Shown: piece by piece, positions 24,945-33,436 of the stretch
How the letters are laid out: each line of letters opens with the position of its first letter
Numbering within the stretch: position 1 is the first letter of the stretch
The notes under the pieces: generated by a model
The model's database searches: none
Seen by the model: only the letters and a program-made list of their open reading frames with translations
Told to the model about the DNA's origin: nothing
NCBI GenBank assembly: GCA_903862255.1
Contig: CAIOXK010000024.1
Span: 1-46,259 of the forward strand
Length of the DNA: 46,259 bases
Origin: Candidatus Nomurabacteria bacterium
GTDB taxonomy: Bacteria > Patescibacteriota > Minisyncoccia > Phycocordibacterales > UBA9973
Direction: 5' to 3'
Position numbers and translations under genes: made by a program

Positions 24945-25616
24945 ATGAAAACTATTGACCCTAAAGTCCTCATGGAGGCAGGTGTCCATTATGGATACTC
25001 ACGTACTCGCCGTCACCCTACTGTTACTAAGTTCATTTACGGAACAAAAGATAAGGTAGACATTATTGACCTCGAAAAAACTGTTCCTCAAATGGAGGCT
25101 GCAGTTAACTTCTTAAAAGGACTTGCTGCATCTGGCAAGACAGTGCTATTCGTTGGTGTTAAACCAGAATCACGTGGCGCAGTACAAGAAGTTGCCGCTC
25201 TATTAAAACAGCCATATGTTACAGAACGTTGGATTGGCGGTATGCTCACAAACTTTACTGAAATCAAGCGCCGTATCAACAAACTTGAAGATATGCGTGA
25301 AAAGACAGCTTCTGGCGAACTTGCTAAGTTCACAAAAAAAGAACAGCTCCTTATGAGTCGCGAAATCGAACGTTTGAACAAATACTTTAGTGGTTTGGTT
25401 GGAGTAACTAAACTCCCTGACGCATTGGTTATTATTGACTCAAAGAAAGAACATATCGCTGTTGCAGAAGCTCGTAAGAGTAATATTCCAATGATCACTA
25501 TCGGTAATACTGACTGTTCTATTCGCGCTATTGAATACCCTATCATTGCTAATGACAGTTCTGCTTCATCAATTAATGCAATTCTTGGTATACTTAAAGA
25601 CGCATTTCAGCAATAA
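24945..25616 (+). CDS. rpsB: 30S ribosomal protein S2
   Basis: LMEAGVHYGYSRTRRHPTVTKFIYG.. Confidence 0.95.
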   Translation: MKTIDPKVLMEAGVHYGYSRTRRHPTVTKFIYGTKDKVDIIDLEKTVPQMEAAVNFLKGLAASGKTVLFVGVKPESRGAVQEVAALLKQPYVTERWIGGMLTNFTEIKRRINKLEDMREKTASGELAKFTKKEQLLMSREIERLNKYFSGLVGVTKLPDALVIIDSKKEHIAVAEARKSNIPMITIGNTDCSIRAIEYPIIANDSSASSINAILGILKDAFQQ

Positions 25617-25654
25617 TTATTAAAGTAATTCGCGAGAGCGAAATCAAATAACAT

Positions 25655-26440
25655 ATGATCACTACAGAACAAGTAAAAGAACTTCGTGATAAGACAGGTG
25701 TTTCAGTAATGCAATGTCGCAAGGCGCTTGAAGAAGCAAATGGCGATATGGAAAAAGCTATTGTTATCTTGCAAAAAAAAGGTGGTGAAGCTGCTCAGAA
25801 AAAAGCTGACCGTTCAGCTGCTGACGGTATCGTAGTGATGCGTACTGATGGCAAGCGCGCTCTTACTTTAATATTGAACTGCGAAACAGACTTCGTTGCT
25901 CACAATGATGACTTCATACACCTTGCTAACACTCTTGCTGATATGGTTTGGAAAGATGGCGTACAAAGTATGCAGGATAACTCAGCTACATTGATCAGTG
26001 ACCTTGTATTAAAGATCGGTGAAAATATTCACATTGGTGGTGTTGAAGAGCTTGATGGTGATGTTGTAAATGGATACACTCACTTCGACCACAAATCAGC
26101 TGCTGTGGTAACACTTCAGGGTGGTACTCCAGAAGTTGCAAAGGATATCGCTATGCATGTTGCCGCAATGAAACCTTCATTTTTGAATAAGGATGAAATT
26201 TCAGAAGAAAATCGCGCAACAGTTAAATCAGTAATGGAAGCAGAAGTTGCCGCACAAAGTGAAGGCAAGCCTCAGGAAATCAAAGACAAAATGCTTGAAG
26301 GTAAAATCAACGGCTTCTTTGCTGAGCAAACATTGCTCAACCAATCATTCTTCAAAGCTCCTGAAAAGACGATTGAACAGTACGCAAAAGAAAACGGCGC
26401 TACAGTTCAGAAGTTCGTATTGTATACTGTAGGAGCATAA
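25655..26440 (+). CDS. tsf: Elongation factor Ts
   Basis: VKELRDKTGVSVMQCRKALEEANGDMEKAI.. Confidence 0.93.
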   Translation: MITTEQVKELRDKTGVSVMQCRKALEEANGDMEKAIVILQKKGGEAAQKKADRSAADGIVVMRTDGKRALTLILNCETDFVAHNDDFIHLANTLADMVWKDGVQSMQDNSATLISDLVLKIGENIHIGGVEELDGDVVNGYTHFDHKSAAVVTLQGGTPEVAKDIAMHVAAMKPSFLNKDEISEENRATVKSVMEAEVAAQSEGKPQEIKDKMLEGKINGFFAEQTLLNQSFFKAPEKTIEQYAKENGATVQKFVLYTVGA

Positions 26441-26907
26441 TGATCCTGACACTTGTTATTATTCTTATCGTGCTCATCGTAGCGCTTTGGATAAGCGCCA
26501 TGCTGCTTTGGTGGCGCAGTGAACAAGTTGTACCAATTAAACCCATCAAATCTGATGACGTTGTCAATGTATGGAATAAAGCCACTCGTTTGATGCGACG
26601 TAGTTGGTATAGCGGTGTACGCTACAGCAAACAAGGAGCACTCTGGGGGAATAAGAAAGCACGCAACGCATTCATTACCCTCTTCCCTAAATCTAAGCCA
26701 GCATTTATTGAAAAAGATATGCTGACAGGACTTGAACACGGACCTTCATCATATTTCCTAGCCAATCTTTCCCCCGCCTCCGGTAAACCTACGGCGCGGC
26801 GAAGCAAACCTGCTGCAAGAGCCGTAGCTATGAAAATCCCTGCTGGACGAAAAAAGGTGGTAGAAATCGATAGTATTTCCAACGATCTGCAGGATTTGTC
26901 AGATTAA
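26440..26907 (+). CDS. Hypothetical membrane-anchored basic protein
   Basis: 155 aa. The start overlaps the tsf stop (TAATG). N-terminal TM MILTLVIILIVLIVALWISAMLLWW. Confidence 0.55.
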   Translation: MILTLVIILIVLIVALWISAMLLWWRSEQVVPIKPIKSDDVVNVWNKATRLMRRSWYSGVRYSKQGALWGNKKARNAFITLFPKSKPAFIEKDMLTGLEHGPSSYFLANLSPASGKPTARRSKPAARAVAMKIPAGRKKVVEIDSISNDLQDLSD

Positions 26908-26950
26908 AAAAAGTTTGGTATCCTAGTGTACTCCTTACTAGGAACCATAT

Positions 26951-27026
26951 GCCGGATTAGCTCAGTTGGTAGAGCAACGCTTTTGTAAAGCGAAGGTCGT
27001 CAGTTCAAGTCTGACATCCGGCTCCA
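26951..27026 (+). tRNA. tRNA-Thr (anticodon UGU), with encoded CCA
   Basis: Manual cloverleaf: acceptor GCCGGAT/ATCCGGC, D arm GCTC-AGTTGGTA-GAGC, anticodon loop TT-TGT-AA, T arm GTCAG-TTCAAGT-CTGAC, discriminator T, then CCA. Confidence 0.9.
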
Positions 27027-27063
27027 AAATAAAAATACCCCATCTCAACGAAGTGTAAATATA

Positions 27064-27101
27064 AAAAGGGTCTCAACGTTTGTTGAGACCCTTTTGGGTT
27101 T
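27064..27101. terminator. Bidirectional terminator (tRNA-Thr / 27102 gene)
   Basis: AAAAAGGGTCTCAAC-gttt-GTTGAGACCCTTTTGGGTTTTT. Confidence 0.85.
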
Positions 27102-27584
27102 TTATAGTCTACCCATAAACGACCACAGGATAATCACCGGTATTTCCCAAAAGAACCAGAACTGCCACCAACTGCGCGTTCTCCATTGACTAGAATTAGG
27201 ATCATATGGAATCTGATATTTTCTTTTTTCATATTCCGGAATACCTAGCTTAAAGGCGATGGAGCGCACTAACCACAACAGTGCTGGGTGGCCGACATAC
27301 GTAATGTACCTAAAACCTTTTTCTTGTACTAATCCTGCAGCCCTACATAAGACATCGAACGTATCCAGGTCTTTGCCTTTTGTAGTCATAACATAAAGTG
27401 GCAATCCTTCAATCTGATTGAAAAATTTTTCCTGAATGATTTCATATAATTCCCACTGGACGATACCGGCACATTGTTCAACATGCATTTCTTCAGCGAC
27501 ATTTTTAGCAATGTAGTAATTTGATATGCCATGGTTTTCGCCAGCACCAAAACATAATCCAATAAAGACTAATTTGTTATCCAT
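27102..27584 (-). CDS. Hypothetical protein (160 aa, Trp-rich hydrophobic C-terminus)
   Basis: Clean ORF with a consensus promoter and a terminator. No confident family assignment. Confidence 0.6.
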   Translation of the reverse strand: MDNKLVFIGLCFGAGENHGISNYYIAKNVAEEMHVEQCAGIVQWELYEIIQEKFFNQIEGLPLYVMTTKGKDLDTFDVLCRAAGLVQEKGFRYITYVGHPALLWLVRSIAFKLGIPEYEKRKYQIPYDPNSSQWRTRSWWQFWFFWEIPVIILWSFMGRL

Positions 27585-27604
27585 AATTATGAGTATTTTT
27601 CTTT

Positions 27605-27632
27605 ACAATACTATTTTTCTATCATAAGTCAA
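27605..27632 (-). promoter_or_regulatory. Promoter TTGACT-16-TATTGT
   Basis: The minus strand reads gagTTGACTtatgatagaaaaatagTATTGTaaag. Confidence 0.6.
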
Positions 27633-27789
27633 CTCTTATTTCCCTATTGGTTTCTAAGCGCTACTAAGTAAGACCATAATATAAGTCTCTTTGAGGCTGT
27701 AGTCGTATTTACGAGCTCTGACAAGGACTTCCATAATATACCACTAACTACTGATTACTAGCCCAGAAAAGAGCTTTTAGCTGACCATG

Positions 27790-29001
27790 TTATCTATCTA
27801 CACTTACTGGAGCCTTGTTGAAATGTGAATTGAAATCATAAAAAAATTTACTATCAGTATCGTGTAAAGCATTCACTACCAATCCAACTGTCACCATAAA
27901 CCCTATTATGAAAAACAGTCCGAAGAATAACAACTGAGGGAGTTTAAAATATTCTAATATATAAACAATGCCAAAGGCACTGAGCATTGCAATGTACGGC
28001 AAAAATACCAACACGTAACGCGCTTCTTTGTGCACCTGATACGTAAAATATCCACCCACAAGTACTATTGCTGTAATTAATATAAACAAACCCTTTGTAC
28101 GCCATTCTTTTTTCCACAGTAGACCAATAGGCAGCAATGCCAGTACAAATATGGGGTCAGCTTTTAATACTGTTATGAAGTAAAACAAAGGACCGTTTTG
28201 ATACAAAATCGGATAGAGTTTAACCACTGCAACACCTTGAATAAATGGCAAAAATGCATTGTGATAAAAATAATAATTACATACTAAATATGGAACAGTA
28301 ATGAGAAAGAATCCACCACCAATGCTAAACATTCTTTCAATAGCAGTTACCACTCGCTCACCTAACTTCTGCTTACTTTTACCATACTTAAAAAGAGTTG
28401 GTTCATAAAAAAATTTGATTGCCACAGCGATCATACCAACTACAAGCAGAAGACCTTGTGGGAAGTGAAACATAAATCCTAATGCAATAACACTACCAGC
28501 AATAAAATACTGATGATTCGCTTTTGCTCGATAAATAAGAAATAACGAGAGTACTGCAAAAAATGTTGAAATAATGTCAGTAATTGGCAATGCACTATTA
28601 CTAAAAAATACCCCTGTTGCAGCCAGAATAGTTGAAGCAATAATGCCTGTTCGCGGGCGAATTTCTTCTGAGAAAAAATGCACTAATACTAGCAGTGCCA
28701 TACTAACAATTACAGCAGTAACTTCACCTGCTGCATATGGATTAATACCAATTTTCCAAAAGGATCCAAGAATGATTGGCAGACCAATTGGACGCGCTAT
28801 TTCCCACATACCAACAGTGCCGTGAGAAAATAAAAACTTACCTATTTCTATATATGCTATTCCGCCTCCCAATGGAGTTGCATTATGCTCAATAGTAGCA
28901 ATACGAATGGCAACAAAAATGATGACTAGCGCAATTAGTTTCCAATATGGCAGTATGCATTTTTTGAAAAAATTTTGAGCGTATTTGCACCATTCATTCA
29001 T
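27790..29001 (-). CDS. Polytopic membrane protein, GT-C type glycosyltransferase-like (ArnT/PMT-like)
   Basis: 403 aa with about 11 TM segments. Its position in an operon downstream of a GT2 supports the call. The family assignment rests on topology only. Confidence 0.5.
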   Translation of the reverse strand: MNEWCKYAQNFFKKCILPYWKLIALVIIFVAIRIATIEHNATPLGGGIAYIEIGKFLFSHGTVGMWEIARPIGLPIILGSFWKIGINPYAAGEVTAVIVSMALLVLVHFFSEEIRPRTGIIASTILAATGVFFSNSALPITDIISTFFAVLSLFLIYRAKANHQYFIAGSVIALGFMFHFPQGLLLVVGMIAVAIKFFYEPTLFKYGKSKQKLGERVVTAIERMFSIGGGFFLITVPYLVCNYYFYHNAFLPFIQGVAVVKLYPILYQNGPLFYFITVLKADPIFVLALLPIGLLWKKEWRTKGLFILITAIVLVGGYFTYQVHKEARYVLVFLPYIAMLSAFGIVYILEYFKLPQLLFFGLFFIIGFMVTVGLVVNALHDTDSKFFYDFNSHFNKAPVSVDR

Positions 29002-29018
29002 AAAATTTTGTATTCATT

Positions 29019-29738
29019 TTATTTTGTAGATGCTTTAGCTGTCGCAGTAGTTTTTGTTGTAGGTGTAGTGGTTTTATTTTGAATAGGGTTTGTTAGCGTT
29101 GCAGGTAGAATTTTCTTAATATCATCAAGAGAAATATATCCATTTTCAGTCTTACCATTTATCACCAGTGACGGAACAGAATCGCTAACCTTATAGACTG
29201 TGAGTAGTGCACGCACTGTTGAACTATCAAGACCAGCATCAAATGAGTAGATTCGAAGTGTTGGGTATTGCTGATGCAATGCGTCGAGTACATACCCTTG
29301 CTTAACACAGTCATCACAAATATCAGCATTCTTATAAAAATACAAAATAGTTACAGTATTTTGTTTACAGCGATCACTAATACGCTTAGTAAGTAGGTAG
29401 TCTTTTACTTCTAAAATACTATATTGCTGCTTCAATAAATTAAGCTGACTTTGATCGTTGAAGTTTTGCTCGCCATAGGTGATTTTGTCTGCGAGATTAG
29501 AGATCTCACTTGAGAGATAATTATTGCCAACATCCTGACATGAAAGCTCTTGTAACAAATCAAACTGTGCTTCAGACGAGAGAATGTCTGTAGTTACCTG
29601 ATTTTGCGCTTCTTTAATTTCTGCTATTTTACGATTAGTTAAATACTGACTAAAAAAGAAAGCAGCAACAAATAATGCAGCAGTAATAATTAAAGCGATA
29701 AAATATTTTCTAAATCCTTTCATATAGATTAACGCCAT
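29019..29738 (-). CDS. Membrane-anchored thioredoxin-fold protein with a CxxC motif (CDDC) and a Thr-rich tail
   Basis: N-terminal TM, a coiled-coil region, then TILYFYKNADICDDCVKQG..PSLVINGK, which resembles a Trx fold. The start may be ATG 29723. Confidence 0.55.
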   Translation of the reverse strand: MALIYMKGFRKYFIALIITAALFVAAFFFSQYLTNRKIAEIKEAQNQVTTDILSSEAQFDLLQELSCQDVGNNYLSSEISNLADKITYGEQNFNDQSQLNLLKQQYSILEVKDYLLTKRISDRCKQNTVTILYFYKNADICDDCVKQGYVLDALHQQYPTLRIYSFDAGLDSSTVRALLTVYKVSDSVPSLVINGKTENGYISLDDIKKILPATLTNPIQNKTTTPTTKTTATAKASTK

Positions 29739-30982
29739 GCTGGCTGTCCACGTTTAGCAATTGTATTCCATACTGCCTTCAAAAGCCAGAACGGCGCGAT
29801 AACACTGTAAATCGCAAGATATGCCAAGATGTGCCAATCAAATCCTCTGCCTTGCTTATTTAAACGTGTCCCCATAACGATTGAGAAAAGCAGAACAACA
29901 TACAAAAATACTGTTACAAATGTTACTGTCTCTGTATTGATATAAAACCAATCAAACTGAACATGAGGCAATGGCCCGCCATGAAAACCAGCAATGCTGT
30001 ACTGAGTAATCTTTTTAATTATAAAAAGAATTGCATCATACACAAAGACCAATGATAGATATACAACGGCAATAATAGAAATTATGCCTGATGGTAATGT
30101 AAAGAACGAGAAGTTAAGATATTCTTTCTTGAACAACAATCGACGATAATCCATCGTGTTTTGGATAAAACCATAAATCCATCGTAGGCGTTGCTTGTAC
30201 AACTTCTTCACAGTATCAGGAGAGCGAGTATAAATAAATGCATTCACACAGTGCTCAATTTGCATATGGTTTTCTTGCATACGATATGCTAGTTCCTGGT
30301 CCTCGGTATTGTGAGCCTTACGGAACTTACCAATTTTTTTAAACATTTCAGCACGGAACAAAGAGAATGGCCCTGGCGTAACGTGAATAGCCCCGAGAAA
30401 TGACAACATTTTTTTATTATACGTACTCATATTATACTCAACGCGCTGAGCATACTGTAGTAAGTTTTTTGGTTGATCAACAATTAGCGACGGTGTCACT
30501 GCCATTGTCTGGGGGTTGTCTTGGAACATGCCAACCATACGACGAAGTGCATCTGGGGCAACAAAAGAGTCCGCGTCGAGACCGCCGATAATAGCTGCAT
30601 CAGTATTATCAATACCAAAATTTATAGCAGTGTGTTTGCCGCCATTTTCTTTGTGAAAAATACGCACGCGTGGGTGGTTTTGATACTGCAACAGCTCTTG
30701 CCATGTTGTATCAGTACTACCGTCATCGACAGCAATTACTTCCAATAATTCTGGCGGATAATCAAGCGCTAAAATTGAAGCAATCGTACCATGGACTGTT
30801 TTTTCTTCATTCCAACAAGGCACAATAATTGCCACCTTAGGTGGATTAACTAAGTCAGGGAGTGGTTCTTTTTTGAATGTTTTGATCTTTTTGCGATGCT
30901 CAAAATAAGTAATCATCAAAAAGACCTGGACGTACATAGCCAGGAAAACGACTGCATACGTAAAAAACTCAGGAATCGTCAT
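29729..30982 (-). CDS. Family-2 glycosyltransferase, processive type (QxxRW), with flanking TM segments
   Basis: VAIIVPCWNEE, AVDDGSTD, GGLDADS, and QRLRW followed by C-terminal TMs. I place the start at ATG 30982; the track start at 31006 is a GTG. Confidence 0.8.
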   Translation of the reverse strand: MTIPEFFTYAVVFLAMYVQVFLMITYFEHRKKIKTFKKEPLPDLVNPPKVAIIVPCWNEEKTVHGTIASILALDYPPELLEVIAVDDGSTDTTWQELLQYQNHPRVRIFHKENGGKHTAINFGIDNTDAAIIGGLDADSFVAPDALRRMVGMFQDNPQTMAVTPSLIVDQPKNLLQYAQRVEYNMSTYNKKMLSFLGAIHVTPGPFSLFRAEMFKKIGKFRKAHNTEDQELAYRMQENHMQIEHCVNAFIYTRSPDTVKKLYKQRLRWIYGFIQNTMDYRRLLFKKEYLNFSFFTLPSGIISIIAVVYLSLVFVYDAILFIIKKITQYSIAGFHGGPLPHVQFDWFYINTETVTFVTVFLYVVLLFSIVMGTRLNKQGRGFDWHILAYLAIYSVIAPFWLLKAVWNTIAKRGQPAWR

Positions 30983-31039
30983 ATATTTGTCATAACATCC
31001 TATCACAAATAGCCTGTTTTTTCTAGCCCAGATGTGGGG

Positions 31040-31045
31040 TATACT
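31040..31045 (+). promoter_or_regulatory. -10 box TATACT, 6 nt upstream of ATG 31052
   Basis: gtggggTATACTtggataATG. Confidence 0.4.
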
Positions 31046-31051
31046 TGGATA

Positions 31052-31876
31052 ATGGAATCACAAGAAACAACACCAAAAGATACTCCGGAAATTACAACTT
31101 CTACTGAAAATTCTACACCGCCCTCCTCCGCCACGGTAGGAGAAGTAAATAAACAGTCTACTAACATTGCTGCGGCTATTGTTACTAGTGTGGCAATGAT
31201 TGCCATTGCATTAGTTATCATTCTCCATCCAAGTAGCACAAATACTACTCCAACAAATCCTGCTGCTGCACAGGCCACAGACCAGACAGCTCCTGCTACT
31301 CCAACATCTATTCCTGCTGACATCGCAACACTTCGTCCAAGTGATACAAACTATGTTCGAGGTGACGTGAATACAGCACAGGTATTAATTTTTGAATACT
31401 CTGATAGTGACTGTCCTTTCTGTGTTCGTTTTCACCCAACACTGCAACAAGTAGTAAATGACTACAAAGGCAAAGTTGCTTGGGTATATAGATTTTTCCC
31501 TCTTACTTCATTACACCCAAATGCATACAATGAAGCACTTGCACTTAGTTGTGCTGGTCAGCTTGGCGGATCAAAAGTATTTAATAACTACCTCGACAGC
31601 GCAATCAATATAACCGTAAATCCTGACCCTAAGAGTGATGAGATTCTGACAACGTTCGCTACACAAAATGGCCTTGATGCAACAAAGTTCAAAGCATGTA
31701 TGGCTGCCCCAGCAACTGCAACAGTAATACAAACCAGCATTGACGAAGCAAATAAAATTGGTGCGCAAGGAACTCCTTTCAGTGTGATTGTAAACAAAAC
31801 TACAGGTAAGCAAGTTATTATTCCTGGTGCCTACCCTATCTCAGACATAAAGAAAGCGGTTGATTCAGTCATGTAA
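31052..31876 (+). CDS. Membrane-anchored DsbA-family thiol:disulfide oxidoreductase
   Basis: CPFC active site (EYSDSDCPFCVRFHP), GTPFSVIV near the C-terminus, an N-terminal TM and a Thr/Pro/Ala linker. The track start at 31034 is a GTG. Confidence 0.8.
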   Translation: MESQETTPKDTPEITTSTENSTPPSSATVGEVNKQSTNIAAAIVTSVAMIAIALVIILHPSSTNTTPTNPAAAQATDQTAPATPTSIPADIATLRPSDTNYVRGDVNTAQVLIFEYSDSDCPFCVRFHPTLQQVVNDYKGKVAWVYRFFPLTSLHPNAYNEALALSCAGQLGGSKVFNNYLDSAINITVNPDPKSDEILTTFATQNGLDATKFKACMAAPATATVIQTSIDEANKIGAQGTPFSVIVNKTTGKQVIIPGAYPISDIKKAVDSVM

Positions 31877-31923
31877 AAATATAAAAGCCCTTCGTAAATA
31901 TAAATTATTGGTAAAGAAAATAT

Positions 31924-31936
31924 GGGGACTGTCCCC
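31924..31936. repeat. GGGG-ACTGT-CCCC hairpin, intergenic copy
   Basis: The 16-mer GGGGACTGTCCCCTTT is identical to 43600-43615 inside trmD. Confidence 0.8.
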
Positions 31937-31952
31937 TTTCTCAAGAAATAAT

Positions 31953-31984
31953 AAAAACCTCCAGATATCTGGAGGTTTTTATTT
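31953..31984. terminator. Bidirectional terminator between the dsbA-like gene and rpoD
   Basis: AAAAACCTCCAGAT-ATCTGGAGGTTTTT (20-bp palindrome). Confidence 0.85.
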
Positions 31985-32005
31985 ATCGTTTTCGCTATAG
32001 TGCGA

Positions 32006-33382
32006 CTAGTCGAAATAGTTTCGGAGGCGCTGAATGCGATCATTCTGACGGAGCTTCTCGTGAACCTTGGCTTCGATTTGTCGAATACGTTCACGAGTCA
32101 CGCCGAACTCCTTACCTACTTCTTCAAGCGTGTGCTGTACACCATCGATGAGTCCGTAGCGCATTTCAAGAATTCTTTTTTCCTTAGGAGAAAGTTCTTC
32201 TAGAACAGCACGGATTGCATCCTGAAGCATACGGCGACTTGCCTCTTGATCTGGGCGAAGAATCTTATCGTCAGGAATAAATTCACCGAATGTAGACTTG
32301 TCTTCATCGTCACCGATTGGAGATTCCAATGAACGAGTTTCTTGATTGATCTGTTCAATCACATGAACCTTTTCAACTTCAATACCCATTTCCATTGCAA
32401 TTTCTTCTGGCATGGGATCACGGCCGAGGTCTTGTGCCAAACGACGCATTACCTGTTTGTATTTTGAAATAGTTTCAACCATGTGCACCGGGATACGGAT
32501 AGTGCGTGATTGGTCTGCCAGTGCACGAGTGATTGACTGACGGATCCACCATGTTGCATATGTTGAGAATTTAAATCCTTTTGTGTAGTCGAATTTTTCT
32601 ACAGCCTTGAAGAGGCCGATGTTCCCTTCTTGAATCAAATCGAGCAATGTAAGGTCTGCTGTACGATTTGCATATTTCTTGGCAATTGAAACTACCAAGC
32701 GGAGGTTTGATCGAGCGAGCAAGTTCTTTGCTTCTCCATCACCTGCAGCAATACGTTTCGCAAATTCTTTTTCTTGAGCAGCATTGATCAATGGATACTG
32801 ACCAATGTCTTTCAAGTACATTTGCACAGAACTGAAACTGTGACTATCTTTTACATATTTTGAAAGGTCTTCTGTATTATCAATATCAAGAAGATTGCCA
32901 CCTTCTAGAATATCAATACCTGCAACACTGAACTTCTCATACAGTTCATCGAGGAACATAATGTTATTTTCAATGTCAGGAAATGTTTTTAAAATCTCAT
33001 CATACGTAATGAATCCGCGTTTCTTACCTTTTGTGATAAGTTCTTCGGACTTTAATTCCATGTCTTTGATTTTCTTTTCACTATTGTTTTCACGCTTTGG
33101 CGCTGAGCCAGCGTGACGAATAGTAATCGGCTTTGGTTTTGCCTTGACTACCGTAGCTTTGGCGGAAGAGGTGCTTTTAGGTGTTACAACTTTTTTTACA
33201 GGCGCTTTCGCGACTGCTTTGGCAGTTACTTTTTTAACGGGTACTTTTTTTGGAGCTGGTTTTGCTGCACTCTTTGGTGCCACTTTTTTTGCTACCTTTT
33301 TTGTCGGCGCTGGTGCGCCTTTTTTAACTACTTTCTTCGGTTGTGCTTTTGGAGCTGGTTTTTTGTTTGGCATAAAGTTCAT
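32006..33382 (-). CDS. rpoD: Primary sigma factor (sigma-70 family) with a Lys/Ala/Pro-rich basic N-terminal extension
   Basis: Regions 1.2 to 4.2 are present ([63 protein letters not shown]). The start is ambiguous among ATGs 33394, 33391, 33382 and 33373; the first two overlap the -10 box. Confidence 0.9.
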   Translation of the reverse strand: MNFMPNKKPAPKAQPKKVVKKGAPAPTKKVAKKVAPKSAAKPAPKKVPVKKVTAKAVAKAPVKKVVTPKSTSSAKATVVKAKPKPITIRHAGSAPKRENNSEKKIKDMELKSEELITKGKKRGFITYDEILKTFPDIENNIMFLDELYEKFSVAGIDILEGGNLLDIDNTEDLSKYVKDSHSFSSVQMYLKDIGQYPLINAAQEKEFAKRIAAGDGEAKNLLARSNLRLVVSIAKKYANRTADLTLLDLIQEGNIGLFKAVEKFDYTKGFKFSTYATWWIRQSITRALADQSRTIRIPVHMVETISKYKQVMRRLAQDLGRDPMPEEIAMEMGIEVEKVHVIEQINQETRSLESPIGDDEDKSTFGEFIPDDKILRPDQEASRRMLQDAIRAVLEELSPKEKRILEMRYGLIDGVQHTLEEVGKEFGVTRERIRQIEAKVHEKLRQNDRIQRLRNYFD

Positions 33383-33386
33383 TCGT

Positions 33387-33415
33387 ATCATCATTTAAAA
33401 AGGGAGAAATGTCAA
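33387..33415 (-). promoter_or_regulatory. rpoD promoter TTGACA-17-GATGAT
   Basis: The minus strand reads ggaTTGACAtttctccctttttaaatGATGATacga. Confidence 0.5.
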
Positions 33416-33430
33416 TCCCGTAACACGGGA
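33416..33430 (-). terminator. Hairpin directly after dnaG (TCCCGT-gtt-ACGGGA); weak or partial terminator
   Basis: 6-bp GC-rich stem with only a short T tract downstream. It abuts the rpoD -35 box. Confidence 0.35.
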
Positions 33431-33436
33431 CGTATC

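Noticed and set aside
25088-25546. 152-aa minus-strand ORF
   Set aside because: Fully antisense to rpsB, which is unambiguous.
26920-26946. Hairpin CCTAGT-gtactcctt-ACTAGG just upstream of tRNA-Thr, as a possible terminator or promoter
   Set aside because: No T-run follows it. The overlapping TTTGGT-16-TACTAG promoter reading is weak. The role is undetermined.
27654-27734. 26-aa minus-strand mini-ORF (MEVLVRARKYDYSLKETYIMVLLSSA) directly after a TATATT box
   Set aside because: It is too short and featureless to call a gene without conservation or expression data. It is kept only as part of the unassigned-region finding.
31003-31323. 106-aa minus-strand ORF overlapping the dsbA-like 5' region
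   Set aside because: Antisense to the Thr/Pro/Ala-rich linker of a gene with a clear CPFC thioredoxin fold. It would also overlap the GT2 start region.
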